Both the position numbers and the translations under genes were made by a program. This document shows, piece after piece, positions 29,477 to 38,977 of a stretch of 64,000 bases of DNA. The stretch covers positions 64,001 through 128,000 of the forward strand of contig JBPOGH010000008.1 in assembly GCA_051252135.1 (NCBI GenBank), written 5' to 3'. The stretch's first letter is position 1. Each line of letters opens with the position of its first letter. The notes under the pieces are model-generated. The model was not told the origin of the DNA, made no database searches, and was given only the letters and a program-made list of their open reading frames with translations. This stretch comes from Verrucomicrobiaceae bacterium. Its GTDB lineage: Bacteria > Verrucomicrobiota > Verrucomicrobiia > Verrucomicrobiales > Akkermansiaceae.

Positions 29477-30660
29477 CGCTTCATCAACAGATCCACAAAG
29501 GCCCCGGGCGAATACGCCCGTCGCGCCGCTTCAATCCGCTCAACCGTAATTGGCGGATTCTTCGCCATCTGAAAAATCGCCTCCACCAACTCATCCGCCG
29601 ACTCATTCGCCAGCGCCATCCCAAACCCGATCTCGTTCATGCAATCCTCCACCCAGGTATCCGAAACGCAGATACAGGGAACACCCGATTGAAACGCTTC
29701 GATCGCGATCCCCGAGAGCCGGGCATGATACTGCGCCCGCCGATAGGGCAGCATCAGAACCGATGACGACTCGATCCGCCGCTCATACTCTTCCGAGCTC
29801 AATGGACGATCTAACACCTCCACCCTCGCGTCATTCTTCAGCACATCGGGAATCACCACCTCCCTCCCCTCCAGATCATAAACCTGTGCCGTCCACTGAA
29901 TCACAAATCGCCCCGGGAACTCCGGATCCATCTCCAAAACCCGCTGCACCGCTTCCAGAACCAGATCACTCCCTTTTTCAAATCGCGGCGGCCCCAGCGC
30001 CGAAAAAATCAACTCCTCTCGCGCTTCGGGAATCTTCAAATGCCCCGTCGGCCGGGGATGCGGATACGTCCGAAACGGCAACCCGCACAAGGCCTCATAC
30101 TGCTCCGCCAACTTCCGGCTATCGGAGGCCAGCTCAACCACGCCATCTCTCACCGGCTTTCCAAAACTCTTCAGCACCTTCGCCAACACCTTCGCCGACG
30201 CCCCGAACTGATACTCCTTCGTTTCCGGATCATACTCACCCGCATTGTTCCGCGTCGTCAGCACCACCTTGTGAAACCACTTCCCCGCACCCTTTGCCAC
30301 CAACCGCCGCCACGCCATCCAGTGAAAAAGAACCACCGTCGGCACCAGCACCACATCATACGCCTCCTCTTGCTTCTGAAAATACCCTGTGAGCAATTTT
30401 GCGATACTCCGGTTATGCTGCAGGATTCCCAGATACCGTCGCCACGCCGAAGGATGATTGTAAACCTGATCCCAACTCGTCACCGGAAAGAACGCCGACG
30501 CCCCAAGCTCATCCTTGAGCCCCACTTCAATGTCCCGATGCGCCAGCACCGCCACCTCATGGCCGCGCGCACGCGCCTCCTCCACAATGGCATGATTATA
30601 CTCATACCAATGCCCGTTCTGGTCGCGGAGGGCCTCCTCCACAATGAGAATTCTAGCCAT
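29473..30660 (-). CDS. Glycosyltransferase (GT-B fold)
   Basis: GHWYEY, LGPPRFEKG, LPY..RLSGIAIEA. Confidence 0.82.
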   Translation of the reverse strand: MARILIVEEALRDQNGHWYEYNHAIVEEARARGHEVAVLAHRDIEVGLKDELGASAFFPVTSWDQVYNHPSAWRRYLGILQHNRSIAKLLTGYFQKQEEAYDVVLVPTVVLFHWMAWRRLVAKGAGKWFHKVVLTTRNNAGEYDPETKEYQFGASAKVLAKVLKSFGKPVRDGVVELASDSRKLAEQYEALCGLPFRTYPHPRPTGHLKIPEAREELIFSALGPPRFEKGSDLVLEAVQRVLEMDPEFPGRFVIQWTAQVYDLEGREVVIPDVLKNDARVEVLDRPLSSEEYERRIESSSVLMLPYRRAQYHARLSGIAIEAFQSGVPCICVSDTWVEDCMNEIGFGMALANESADELVEAIFQMAKNPPITVERIEAARRAYSPGAFVDLLMKR

Positions 30661-31906
30661 CGGAACGTTGGAGGGCCGTGTGGTCGATCACCCGCACCTC
30701 GGGATGCGGCACGATCATCTTGCCCCCGTCGAGAAGGAAGTCGGCATACTTCTGCACAAAGAAATCAAGGAAGTTCCAGGAAAGAACAAGGTAGTAGTCG
30801 GGCTGCTCCTCAATCGCCTCCTCGAAGACAATCGGGATGTGCGTCCCGGGCGTATATTTCCCAATCTTGAAACGGTTCACCTCCGTCGCCAACTCCACCA
30901 GATCGGGACCGATCCCGCAGTAGTTGAGCAAGGTGCTGCCCTTCAAGGGAGCACCCAGTGCATAAATTTTCTTCCCCTCTCCGCGCAGCTCCTTGAGAAG
31001 CTTCACCAGATCATCCCGGTTCGCTTCCACCTTCCCCGTAAATTCCTGATACGTCGCCAACTCATTGACCTTTGCCTTCTCCTCTCCGGCAATCGCCGCC
31101 GCGATCGAGGGCTTGGTCTCATACGGCGAATCCTCTTTCGCCACATAAAGAGCGAACGAACCACCATGCACCGGATACATCTCCACATCGATCATCCTCA
31201 ACCCGTATTCCGCAAAGAGCCGCTGCAGCGGAATCAGATTATGCATCAAGGTGTGCTCGTGATAAAAATGATCAAATTGCAGCTTCTCAAGCACGTCCTT
31301 CATGTAGACGCACTGCGTTAAAAAGATCGAGCGGTCATGCATCACCTCCGCCAACCCCTTGATGAAACTGTGGATGTCCTCCACATGATAAAAGACCGCC
31401 GTCGCCGTGATGATATCCGGTTTCAGGTTCAGCTGCTTGATGCTCTTCGCGGTGTTCTCATCCCAAAATGTCTCACACACCGTGAGACCGCTCTCCTTCG
31501 CCAGCTTCCCGGTTCGCTGGCCGGGATCCACTCCCATCACCCGCATCCCCGCCTCCTGAAATCGCTTCAGCAAGGTCCCGTCATTCGCCCCGATGTCCAC
31601 CACCAGGCTGTTCTTCGGAAACGGAAACTTGCTCAGCGCATCGCTCACCATCTGGTCGAAGTGACTCACCACCGGCATGTTCACCCCCGTGATGTAGGGA
31701 TGATTCTCGAACATAAATTCCGCCGATGGAAACTCCTCCAGCTGCACCTGCCAACAATCGGTGCAAACCGCCATCGAAAATGGAAAGAACGGCTCGCCCT
31801 CAAAATCCTCATAGGCCGGAAAATGATTGCCGTTGGGTTGGTCACCGAGATCAATGAAGCGTTCCAGCTTCGTGCTCCGGCAGTTCATGCAGTTCGTGTT
31901 TTTCAT
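30653..31906 (-). CDS. NDP-sugar C-methyltransferase (Zn-binding, class I SAM)
   Basis: CMNC..CTDC Zn motif, DIGANDG, YHEH, HGGS, GAPLKGSTLLNYCG, KIGKYTPGTHIPI, LSWNF. Confidence 0.92.
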   Translation of the reverse strand: MKNTNCMNCRSTKLERFIDLGDQPNGNHFPAYEDFEGEPFFPFSMAVCTDCWQVQLEEFPSAEFMFENHPYITGVNMPVVSHFDQMVSDALSKFPFPKNSLVVDIGANDGTLLKRFQEAGMRVMGVDPGQRTGKLAKESGLTVCETFWDENTAKSIKQLNLKPDIITATAVFYHVEDIHSFIKGLAEVMHDRSIFLTQCVYMKDVLEKLQFDHFYHEHTLMHNLIPLQRLFAEYGLRMIDVEMYPVHGGSFALYVAKEDSPYETKPSIAAAIAGEEKAKVNELATYQEFTGKVEANRDDLVKLLKELRGEGKKIYALGAPLKGSTLLNYCGIGPDLVELATEVNRFKIGKYTPGTHIPIVFEEAIEEQPDYYLVLSWNFLDFFVQKYADFLLDGGKMIVPHPEVRVIDHTALQRSDG

Positions 31907-32772
31907 TGGGATTCGTTTTGGGATTGTTGGGTCCACCAGTGCGCGGTGGAAGAAAGTGATTCGGCCAAACTCCGGCCCGGGCACCAACCGACCTCGTCGC
32001 GAAGCCGATCGACCGCTGCCACCACCCGCGGCACCTGGCCTTCGGGATCGGGTAGCACATCAAAGACCAATCTCCCTTCCTGTCCGCGTGACCTCGCCAA
32101 CAGCTGAAACACCTCGCGAATCGTCACCCCCTCACCGGATGCCAGATTAACCGCTCCCCCCACCGGAGAATCAAAAAGCGCCCCGAAGGCATCACCCAGT
32201 TCTTCCACCGCCAAAAAGTCCCTCTCCAGCCTCCCGCTATCAAAAGGAATCTCTCCCTCACCTTCCAGCTTCTTCACCAACCTCGGAATCAACCGGCGTT
32301 CGTCTTCGAACGGTCCAAAGGGACAAAAAACCCGTCCCCACGCCATCGACACCCCCAACTCTTCGGCCATCTGTTCCGCCGACTCACGCAACAGGTTCTT
32401 ACTCCGCCCATACAAACTATCCGGCTCCAATACACTGGACTCACTCAAATCCCCCTCGCCCCCCCACGCATACTCCGCACTCGTTCCCCCCATCACAACC
32501 CGCCTCCCTCCGCACCGCCCAAAATTTTCCAGCATTTCCAGACTCGCCTCAGTCCACTTCGGATTCTCCGGACTCGTCCAATACTTCCCCGGTGTCGCCT
32601 CCCAGGCCAGATGAACCAAACCCTCAAACCTCCCGCTCTCAAGAAAATCCCTCACCTCGCTCGGATTCAGCAAATCAATCCGGGTCGTCACCACCTCATG
32701 CCCCCGTCTCTGGAGCGCCGGCAACACGTGGCGACCGATAAACCCGGTCGCCCCTGTCAGAAATATCTTCAT
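31903..32772 (-). CDS. NAD-dependent epimerase/dehydratase/reductase (extended SDR)
   Basis: TGATGFIG, HLAW, YGRSK. Confidence 0.9.
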   Translation of the reverse strand: MKIFLTGATGFIGRHVLPALQRRGHEVVTTRIDLLNPSEVRDFLESGRFEGLVHLAWEATPGKYWTSPENPKWTEASLEMLENFGRCGGRRVVMGGTSAEYAWGGEGDLSESSVLEPDSLYGRSKNLLRESAEQMAEELGVSMAWGRVFCPFGPFEDERRLIPRLVKKLEGEGEIPFDSGRLERDFLAVEELGDAFGALFDSPVGGAVNLASGEGVTIREVFQLLARSRGQEGRLVFDVLPDPEGQVPRVVAAVDRLRDEVGWCPGRSLAESLSSTAHWWTQQSQNESQ

Positions 32773-33293
32773 CGTTTCAGAAACGGAGCATTCCGGTCCT
32801 TCTCGGAGATCGTCAGATCCAAATCCGGCCACTCAACTCCCAAGCCCGGATCATCCCAACGAATCACCGCAGCGGCCTCCGGAACATAGGCTCCTTCGAT
32901 CAAATACGCCATCGTACTGTCATCCTCCAACGTAACATACCCATGGCCACACCCCTTCGGCACATAAGTGCTGCGCCCGTCACCCGCGACCAATTCGGTC
33001 CCGTGCCATTTCAAATAAGTCGCCGAGTCACGCCGCAAATCGACAATGACATCCCACACCCGACCGGAAACACAGGTCACCAGCTTGCTCTGACCGTGGG
33101 GCTCCTCTTGAAAGTGAAACGCCCGCAAGGTTCCCGCTTTCACATTGTAGGAATGGTGCGCGTTCACCGGCCGAAACTCCAATCCCCCTCCATTCTCCCA
33201 GAAGGTCTCAAAGCTCCCCCGGTGATCCGAAAACACCGGAACCGAAAGGAGCCGCGCACCTTCGATGGGAAGGGCTTGGATGTCTGGAATCAC
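32769..33293 (-). CDS. rfbC: dTDP-4-dehydrorhamnose 3,5-epimerase family
   Basis: DHRGSF, GTLRAFHFQ, KLVTC..DVIVDLR, GHGY, RWDDP..WP. Confidence 0.92.
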   Translation of the reverse strand: MIPDIQALPIEGARLLSVPVFSDHRGSFETFWENGGGLEFRPVNAHHSYNVKAGTLRAFHFQEEPHGQSKLVTCVSGRVWDVIVDLRRDSATYLKWHGTELVAGDGRSTYVPKGCGHGYVTLEDDSTMAYLIEGAYVPEAAAVIRWDDPGLGVEWPDLDLTISEKDRNAPFLKR

Positions 33294-34027
33294 GGTTTCA
33301 AATACAGCGCATGGAAGTACTCCCCCTGCTCGCTTTCCATCGTGGTCAGTCGCGTCTCGCGATAACCGAACTCCGCGAGAAAATCGCGCAACGCTTCGGG
33401 CGATGACTTAAAGGCCGGAAGCGCGAAAGTATGAACCTCAATGAGCAAAGGCGCTCCTTTTTCAAGCGTGTCGATCGCTCCCTTGAGCACCTCATGCTCC
33501 GCCCCCTCCACATCAATCTTGATCAAGTCCGGGGTCCGCGCCCGCCCCGCCAGACACGCGTCCAGCGTGCTCGCCTTCACCGTGATCTTTCTCCCCTTCT
33601 TCGTTCCTGCAAGCGTCGCCGCCGGAGAGAGACCGGTCTCAATCATCATCTCCACATCACCCGATCCACTGCTATTGAGTGCATTGGGAAACACCTTGCA
33701 GCTCCGGTAGAGATCGTTCAAATCCAGATTCCTCCGCAAAAGCTCAAGATTCGCCGGCACCGGCTCAATCGCCACAATCCGCCCCTTCTCCCCGACCAAA
33801 TGCGAAGCATACATCGTGTGCAGTCCAAAGTTCGCCCCGACATCCACAAAGAAATCCCCCTCACTCAACCGATCCCTTAACACGCCCTGCACCACATCCT
33901 CGCCATCCATGTCAAAGCGCCGAAGCGACTCATCGAAACGAAAGGGAACTCCTTGGATCTTCTTGGGATATCCCCGGAAACCGTGAAGTGCCCTGAAAAC
34001 GAGATTGCGAAATGATTCCGAGAACAT
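33290..34027 (-). CDS. FkbM-family methyltransferase
   Basis: DVGANFG, IEP, IKIDVEGAE. Confidence 0.92.
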   Translation of the reverse strand: MFSESFRNLVFRALHGFRGYPKKIQGVPFRFDESLRRFDMDGEDVVQGVLRDRLSEGDFFVDVGANFGLHTMYASHLVGEKGRIVAIEPVPANLELLRRNLDLNDLYRSCKVFPNALNSSGSGDVEMMIETGLSPAATLAGTKKGRKITVKASTLDACLAGRARTPDLIKIDVEGAEHEVLKGAIDTLEKGAPLLIEVHTFALPAFKSSPEALRDFLAEFGYRETRLTTMESEQGEYFHALYLKP

Positions 34028-34031
34028 GATT

Positions 34032-34964
34032 TTATGCTGAAAAAGAGGTGATACCGCGCAGAACCTCAAAGTTCTTTACCCCGAGCAGCATGCGAATCTT
34101 CCACGGCAAAGGATGGGATTCCCCCGTCTTCCGAAGTTCTTCCAACCAATGCTGACCTTCCGCAAGGGCCTGCTCGGCAGTTCTGAGATCTTCTGCTGCG
34201 CGTGCCTGCAGATAGATCCCCGAGAAGAGATGCACCAGCGTTTTCATCTGCCCGCACGTCGGAACCTTCCCGCAGGACTCCAAAAAGGCCAGATTGACCC
34301 CCACCGCAGCCCGATTTCCGCGGAACCAGGCCGCCGGTTCATAATCGGAACGGCAATCCGCCGTATGCGTCCGGTAACGCGCCCCGGCATAGGCGCAATA
34401 CGCCACCTCGGCACCGGCCACGACCCGAAACCAAAAGGCGGTATCTTCCGCCAAAAACCCATCAAGCTCCTCGGGCCACCGATGATCTCCCAACCAGGAT
34501 CGCCGAATCAGAGTCGAGTGAATCGCCCAAGCCGTGAAGGCGATCGCCGAGTCCTCCAAGCCAACCCGCGTGGGCTCCTTGAGCTCGCTCCTCACCGGAT
34601 CATCATCGCGAAACTCCGTCCAGGGTGACGTCACCAGATCCGCCTCCCCCGCCCCCTCAAGCAGCTCACCCAGAAAATCCCCTTCGATCAAATCATCCCC
34701 ATCCAGAAACAAAATCCACTCCCCGCGCGCCTGCGCCAGACCAACATTGCGGGTCGATCCGGGACCCGGAACCGGATTGCTGAAAAATCGAACCCGCTCG
34801 TCCGCCAATTCCGTCGCAAGCCTCGGACCCTCATCCGTCGAGTTGTTGTCCACGATCACCCACTCCCAATCCGTAAAACTCTGCCCCAACACCGACCTCG
34901 CAGTCTCCCCGAAATACCGCCCTTTGTTAAAAAGCGGAGTAATGATCGAAACCCTTGGATTCAC
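34032..34964 (-). CDS. Glycosyltransferase family 2
   Basis: VSIITPLFN, VDNNSTD, FLDGDD; GTG start inferred from the overlap. Confidence 0.9.
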   Translation of the reverse strand: MNPRVSIITPLFNKGRYFGETARSVLGQSFTDWEWVIVDNNSTDEGPRLATELADERVRFFSNPVPGPGSTRNVGLAQARGEWILFLDGDDLIEGDFLGELLEGAGEADLVTSPWTEFRDDDPVRSELKEPTRVGLEDSAIAFTAWAIHSTLIRRSWLGDHRWPEELDGFLAEDTAFWFRVVAGAEVAYCAYAGARYRTHTADCRSDYEPAAWFRGNRAAVGVNLAFLESCGKVPTCGQMKTLVHLFSGIYLQARAAEDLRTAEQALAEGQHWLEELRKTGESHPLPWKIRMLLGVKNFEVLRGITSFSA

Positions 34965-36694
34965 GATAGTCGAATGGTTTGGGAGCACGACTCAACCGTA
35001 TTGAGGCGATGCGCGATCACAATCATGGTCAGGGTGCCTTGCAGCGCATCAATCGCCTTCATCACCTCGGCCTCGGTTTCCAGATCCAGCGCACTCGTCG
35101 CCTCATCAAGAATCAGCACCTCAGGCTCATGATAAAGGGCGCGAGCCAACCCGATCCGCTGCCGCTGCCCGCCCGAAAGCCGCACCCCGCGCTCACCCAC
35201 AATGGTCTCCCATCCTTGCGGCAACTCGTTTTCAATCAGATCCATGAGCTGGGCCGCCCTCGCCGCCCGTTCCAGCGCCTCCCAATCAATATCCTCCCGA
35301 TTCACTCCAAAGGCGATGTTCTCGGCCACCGGTGCATCGATCAGAAAAATATCCTGCGGCACATACCCGATAAGCGCCCGCCACCCCGACAACGTCTCCC
35401 CGGTCAGCAGGGTATCATCAATCCGAATCACCCCGGACTGCGGCTGATGCAACCCAAGAAGGGCATCCACCAATGTCGATTTTCCCGACCCCGTCGCCCC
35501 AATGATCCCCACCGATGAATTCTTCGGAATCGTCAAACTAAAGCCGTCCAGAACCGGTTTGCTGGCACCCGGATATTGAAAGGTGATCTCCTCCAGATGA
35601 ATCGCCTCATGAAACTCAGGCGCCACTTCCCGGTCCCGCTTTCCTCCCTCCCGGGATTCGTGATGCCGCATCTCCTCCAGCTCTTCCTCCAGCTCATCGA
35701 CGGTATACTTCATCGCGATGATCTGGTTCAGCTGCCCGTAAAGAAGTTGAATCGAAGGAAGCAAACGGTAACCCGCAAACGCCATCACCGTCAGACTCGG
35801 CAAAAGATCGGTAAATGACTCCCCCCGTGCCGCCATCCAGATCACCACAGCCACCAACCCGCCGTAAGCAATCGGCTCGATCAAGTAACGTGGGCTGTTC
35901 CCGAAGATCGGAATCTGTGGCATGAGCCGGGCCTGTTCCCGGGAATGCTTCGCAAACGCCTCAATAAAATAGTCCGTCTTCCCGTGCACCAACGACGGCT
36001 TGATCCCGCCGAAAAACTGCTGGGCCGCAATCATACTCCCCTGGTTGGCCACATTGATCCCCTCGCTGATCCGGCTCGCTCGCCGACGGAAGAACAAAAA
36101 TACCGCCAGATAAAAGGACCCAAATAACAACCCTGCCCCGATCGCAATCTGCGGCTGAATCAGGAAAATCGTAAGGATCAAAAATCCCAGCGTCACCACC
36201 CGGGATACCGCCTCCAGCAACCCCAAAAAGACATTGTTGATGAACTGATTCACCTCCACCGCCAGCTTCTGGATCAACCCTCCCGAATGACGATCAAGAA
36301 AGAATTGGTAAGGACGAACCGCAAAGGAATTCAACAGCCTCAACCGCAAAAAATGACCCAACCCATGGGCGTAGCGAACCCGCACCACCTCACCCAACAA
36401 GCTGGTGGCATTCGCCAAAAGAAGCACGATGATGGAAGCCACCCCTGCCCAAACCAGAAGAGTCGCATTGTCCATCTCCGGAAGCAGGGAGAGCGCCCAT
36501 TGCCCCAACTCGCTTTCACGGGCCAACGCCGGATCCGCCGCCAGTGCGAAAAATGGAAAGACCGACGTCACCCCGAACACCTGCATCAACCCGTTGGCCA
36601 GAATCACCAACATCACCAGGCAAAGCTTCCGCCTCCCGAAAGGACGGGCAATGGCGAGACAACGTCTCGTCAGACGAATAAAGCCGGTGAACAT
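34961..36694 (-). CDS. ABC transporter permease/ATPase (PglK/MsbA-like lipid-linked glycan flippase)
   Basis: N-terminal TMD; GATGSGKST, LSGGQRQR, ILDEATSALD, IAHRL. Confidence 0.9.
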   Translation of the reverse strand: MFTGFIRLTRRCLAIARPFGRRKLCLVMLVILANGLMQVFGVTSVFPFFALAADPALARESELGQWALSLLPEMDNATLLVWAGVASIIVLLLANATSLLGEVVRVRYAHGLGHFLRLRLLNSFAVRPYQFFLDRHSGGLIQKLAVEVNQFINNVFLGLLEAVSRVVTLGFLILTIFLIQPQIAIGAGLLFGSFYLAVFLFFRRRASRISEGINVANQGSMIAAQQFFGGIKPSLVHGKTDYFIEAFAKHSREQARLMPQIPIFGNSPRYLIEPIAYGGLVAVVIWMAARGESFTDLLPSLTVMAFAGYRLLPSIQLLYGQLNQIIAMKYTVDELEEELEEMRHHESREGGKRDREVAPEFHEAIHLEEITFQYPGASKPVLDGFSLTIPKNSSVGIIGATGSGKSTLVDALLGLHQPQSGVIRIDDTLLTGETLSGWRALIGYVPQDIFLIDAPVAENIAFGVNREDIDWEALERAARAAQLMDLIENELPQGWETIVGERGVRLSGGQRQRIGLARALYHEPEVLILDEATSALDLETEAEVMKAIDALQGTLTMIVIAHRLNTVESCSQTIRLS

Positions 36695-36847
36695 GGTGGG
36701 ATGCGGCACGCTGCCGCCAGTGGTCGCATGCCGCTAAGATCAGGCAAAACCACGTTGAAAGTTGATTGGGAAACGTGCTCGCACGCCTAAATCTCAATAA
36801 CCCGACGTCCCCACCCGGGAGCGGGTGAAGGGCGAAACCGGATCGAT

Positions 36848-38956
36848 CTAAAAATGTTCATTGGCAGGCTTCGCGAGGCGAATGTCGGACTCCTCATGCT
36901 CCTCCTCTTCGCCGTATTCCTGATAACCATACCCGTAGCTTCCCGCCTTGAAGCGTTTCTCGGCATAGTCATTCAAAAGGATACCGTCAGGAACCACTCC
37001 CGAGTGATCCAAAAGGGATATTGCCGATTGCACCGCCTTGCGGGGTGTCGCATCAGCCCGCACCACCAACGCAAGATTGTGGGAAAAGGGCGCCAGGATT
37101 CGCGTATCCGGAACCGCTAACAAGGGAGCGGTATCAATGACGATATGATCATACTCCTTCGCAAATTCCGCGAGAAGCTCCTTCACTTTCGATGGCTCCA
37201 GAAGCTCGCCGGGATTGGGCGACTTGGGTCCTGAAAAAATCACCGTCAAATTCGGAAGCGCCTCGTACTGCGTGAGGGCCTCCTCCAGGGGCGCCGTCTT
37301 CGTCAGCACATTGACAATGCCGGGGTAGGCGTTGCGCGCCTCGCCAAAGAGCTTGTGAACCGAGGGCTTCCTAAGATCAAAATCAATCAACAAGGTCTTG
37401 GTTCCCTGCCGTGCATAAGCGATCGCGAGATTGGTTGCCGAAAAGGTTTTCCCCTCCCCCGGAAGAGACGAGGTCACAAGTGTCACCCTCCGTTCGTCAT
37501 TGTTCCCCAGCAGGGAGATCGATGCCCGCAGCACCCGGAAGACCTCCCCAAAGTGCGTCTCATTCCCCCAGTTGGTGATCGCCAGGGCAGGAGCAATCTT
37601 GGCCAACGAATTGGGAAGCTTGGAAAGATGCGCCTTCTTCTGCGCCAGTTCACTCTCATCCGGGAGACGGTGCACCACCGCCAATGGCGGCAGACCAAAG
37701 AATTCACTCACCTGCTCGGCCGTGTGAATCTTGTTATCCAAAAACTGGAAGAGGAAAGCCAAACCCAGACCGAAAAAGAGCCCCATTGCCGATGCCTTCA
37801 TCAGGATCGATTTCGCATCCGGCGCGAAGGGATAGATCGGCAGCTGGCCGGCTTCTTTCGGAATCACCTCGGATTCGGCCCGCTCGGCCGTCACCTGCTT
37901 GGTCTGCACCCTCTCGAGCAGACTTTTATAAAGCGTGCTGCGGCTCTCAATCTCACTATCCAATGTCGATTTGCGCGCAAGCAGCAGTCGCCTCATCTCA
38001 TTGAAGGTCTTCTCATTCCCGGGGTCGGATAACTGCTCCTTAAATTGCTGCCAGTGCTCCTGATCCAACGGGTTGGTCACGGCCGCGGAGAGCTTTTCCA
38101 GCAAGTCCTTTTTACAAATCTCATACCCCCGCTCGGCATCCTTCATCTTGGGATGCTTATGCAGGTATCGAACCGAAAGATCGGAAACCGTCTTCTCCGC
38201 CTCAATCATCGCCTTCTCCGCCTCCAGCGGAGCGGAATAACTCCCAAGCAACTTCTGCGCATTCTGCAGCTCTTTGCCCACCCGTTCCGATTCCGACATC
38301 AGATACTCCAGCGTGGTGAGCGCACCCGATGATTTGCTCTCCTCGCGAAGGGCGATGAAATGATGAACCAACCGGTTGGTGACCACTTGCGCCACCACCG
38401 GAGAAGTATGCACCACCGAGACATTGATGAAGCGACTTTCCTCCGGCACATCCGAGCTCGTCCAACTCCGGATCATCTGGGCCAAAACAAGGGCCGGTGG
38501 TGCACTTTCGGTCAACAGATTCTCGGCCTCCTTCGGTGCCTTGAAGACCGATCCAAGGCCGCCCGGCTCCTCGGGAATCAAATCAGGAAGTTCCCGCACA
38601 AGCGGATCGGAGGCCACTTTCTCAAAAAGACTGCTCCGTTCAAAATCCGCTCGCACCGTTTCCACCGCCTCCTTGCTCCGCAAATCAATGTCGGCAGGAT
38701 CATACTGCCCCATCACCGTGACGTTCCAGTCCCGCACCATCAACGTCGCCGTTGAGCGGTAGAGCGGCACCGATTGCTTTAACTGAAAAAAACCAAATCC
38801 AAGACCCAGCAATAGACCCAACAGAAGCCAGTGCCAGCGCGCCAGAAGTCGAGGCAGCAGATAAGCCGGATCAAACATTCCCGGCTGCTGGTTTTTCGAT
38901 GCCAAATCATCATAGCCGTGCTCGGCTGTGGATTCGGGTGTGCGCTTCTTAGCCAT
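36848..38956 (-). CDS. wzc: Polysaccharide co-polymerase / tyrosine autokinase
   Basis: Two TMs around a coiled-coil; SSLPGEGKT, IDFDLRKP, IDTAP; Tyr cluster SYGYGYQEY. Confidence 0.93.
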   Translation of the reverse strand: MAKKRTPESTAEHGYDDLASKNQQPGMFDPAYLLPRLLARWHWLLLGLLLGLGFGFFQLKQSVPLYRSTATLMVRDWNVTVMGQYDPADIDLRSKEAVETVRADFERSSLFEKVASDPLVRELPDLIPEEPGGLGSVFKAPKEAENLLTESAPPALVLAQMIRSWTSSDVPEESRFINVSVVHTSPVVAQVVTNRLVHHFIALREESKSSGALTTLEYLMSESERVGKELQNAQKLLGSYSAPLEAEKAMIEAEKTVSDLSVRYLHKHPKMKDAERGYEICKKDLLEKLSAAVTNPLDQEHWQQFKEQLSDPGNEKTFNEMRRLLLARKSTLDSEIESRSTLYKSLLERVQTKQVTAERAESEVIPKEAGQLPIYPFAPDAKSILMKASAMGLFFGLGLAFLFQFLDNKIHTAEQVSEFFGLPPLAVVHRLPDESELAQKKAHLSKLPNSLAKIAPALAITNWGNETHFGEVFRVLRASISLLGNNDERRVTLVTSSLPGEGKTFSATNLAIAYARQGTKTLLIDFDLRKPSVHKLFGEARNAYPGIVNVLTKTAPLEEALTQYEALPNLTVIFSGPKSPNPGELLEPSKVKELLAEFAKEYDHIVIDTAPLLAVPDTRILAPFSHNLALVVRADATPRKAVQSAISLLDHSGVVPDGILLNDYAEKRFKAGSYGYGYQEYGEEEEHEESDIRLAKPANEHF

Positions 38957-38977
38957 TCTGGTTCAAAGTTTTGGATG

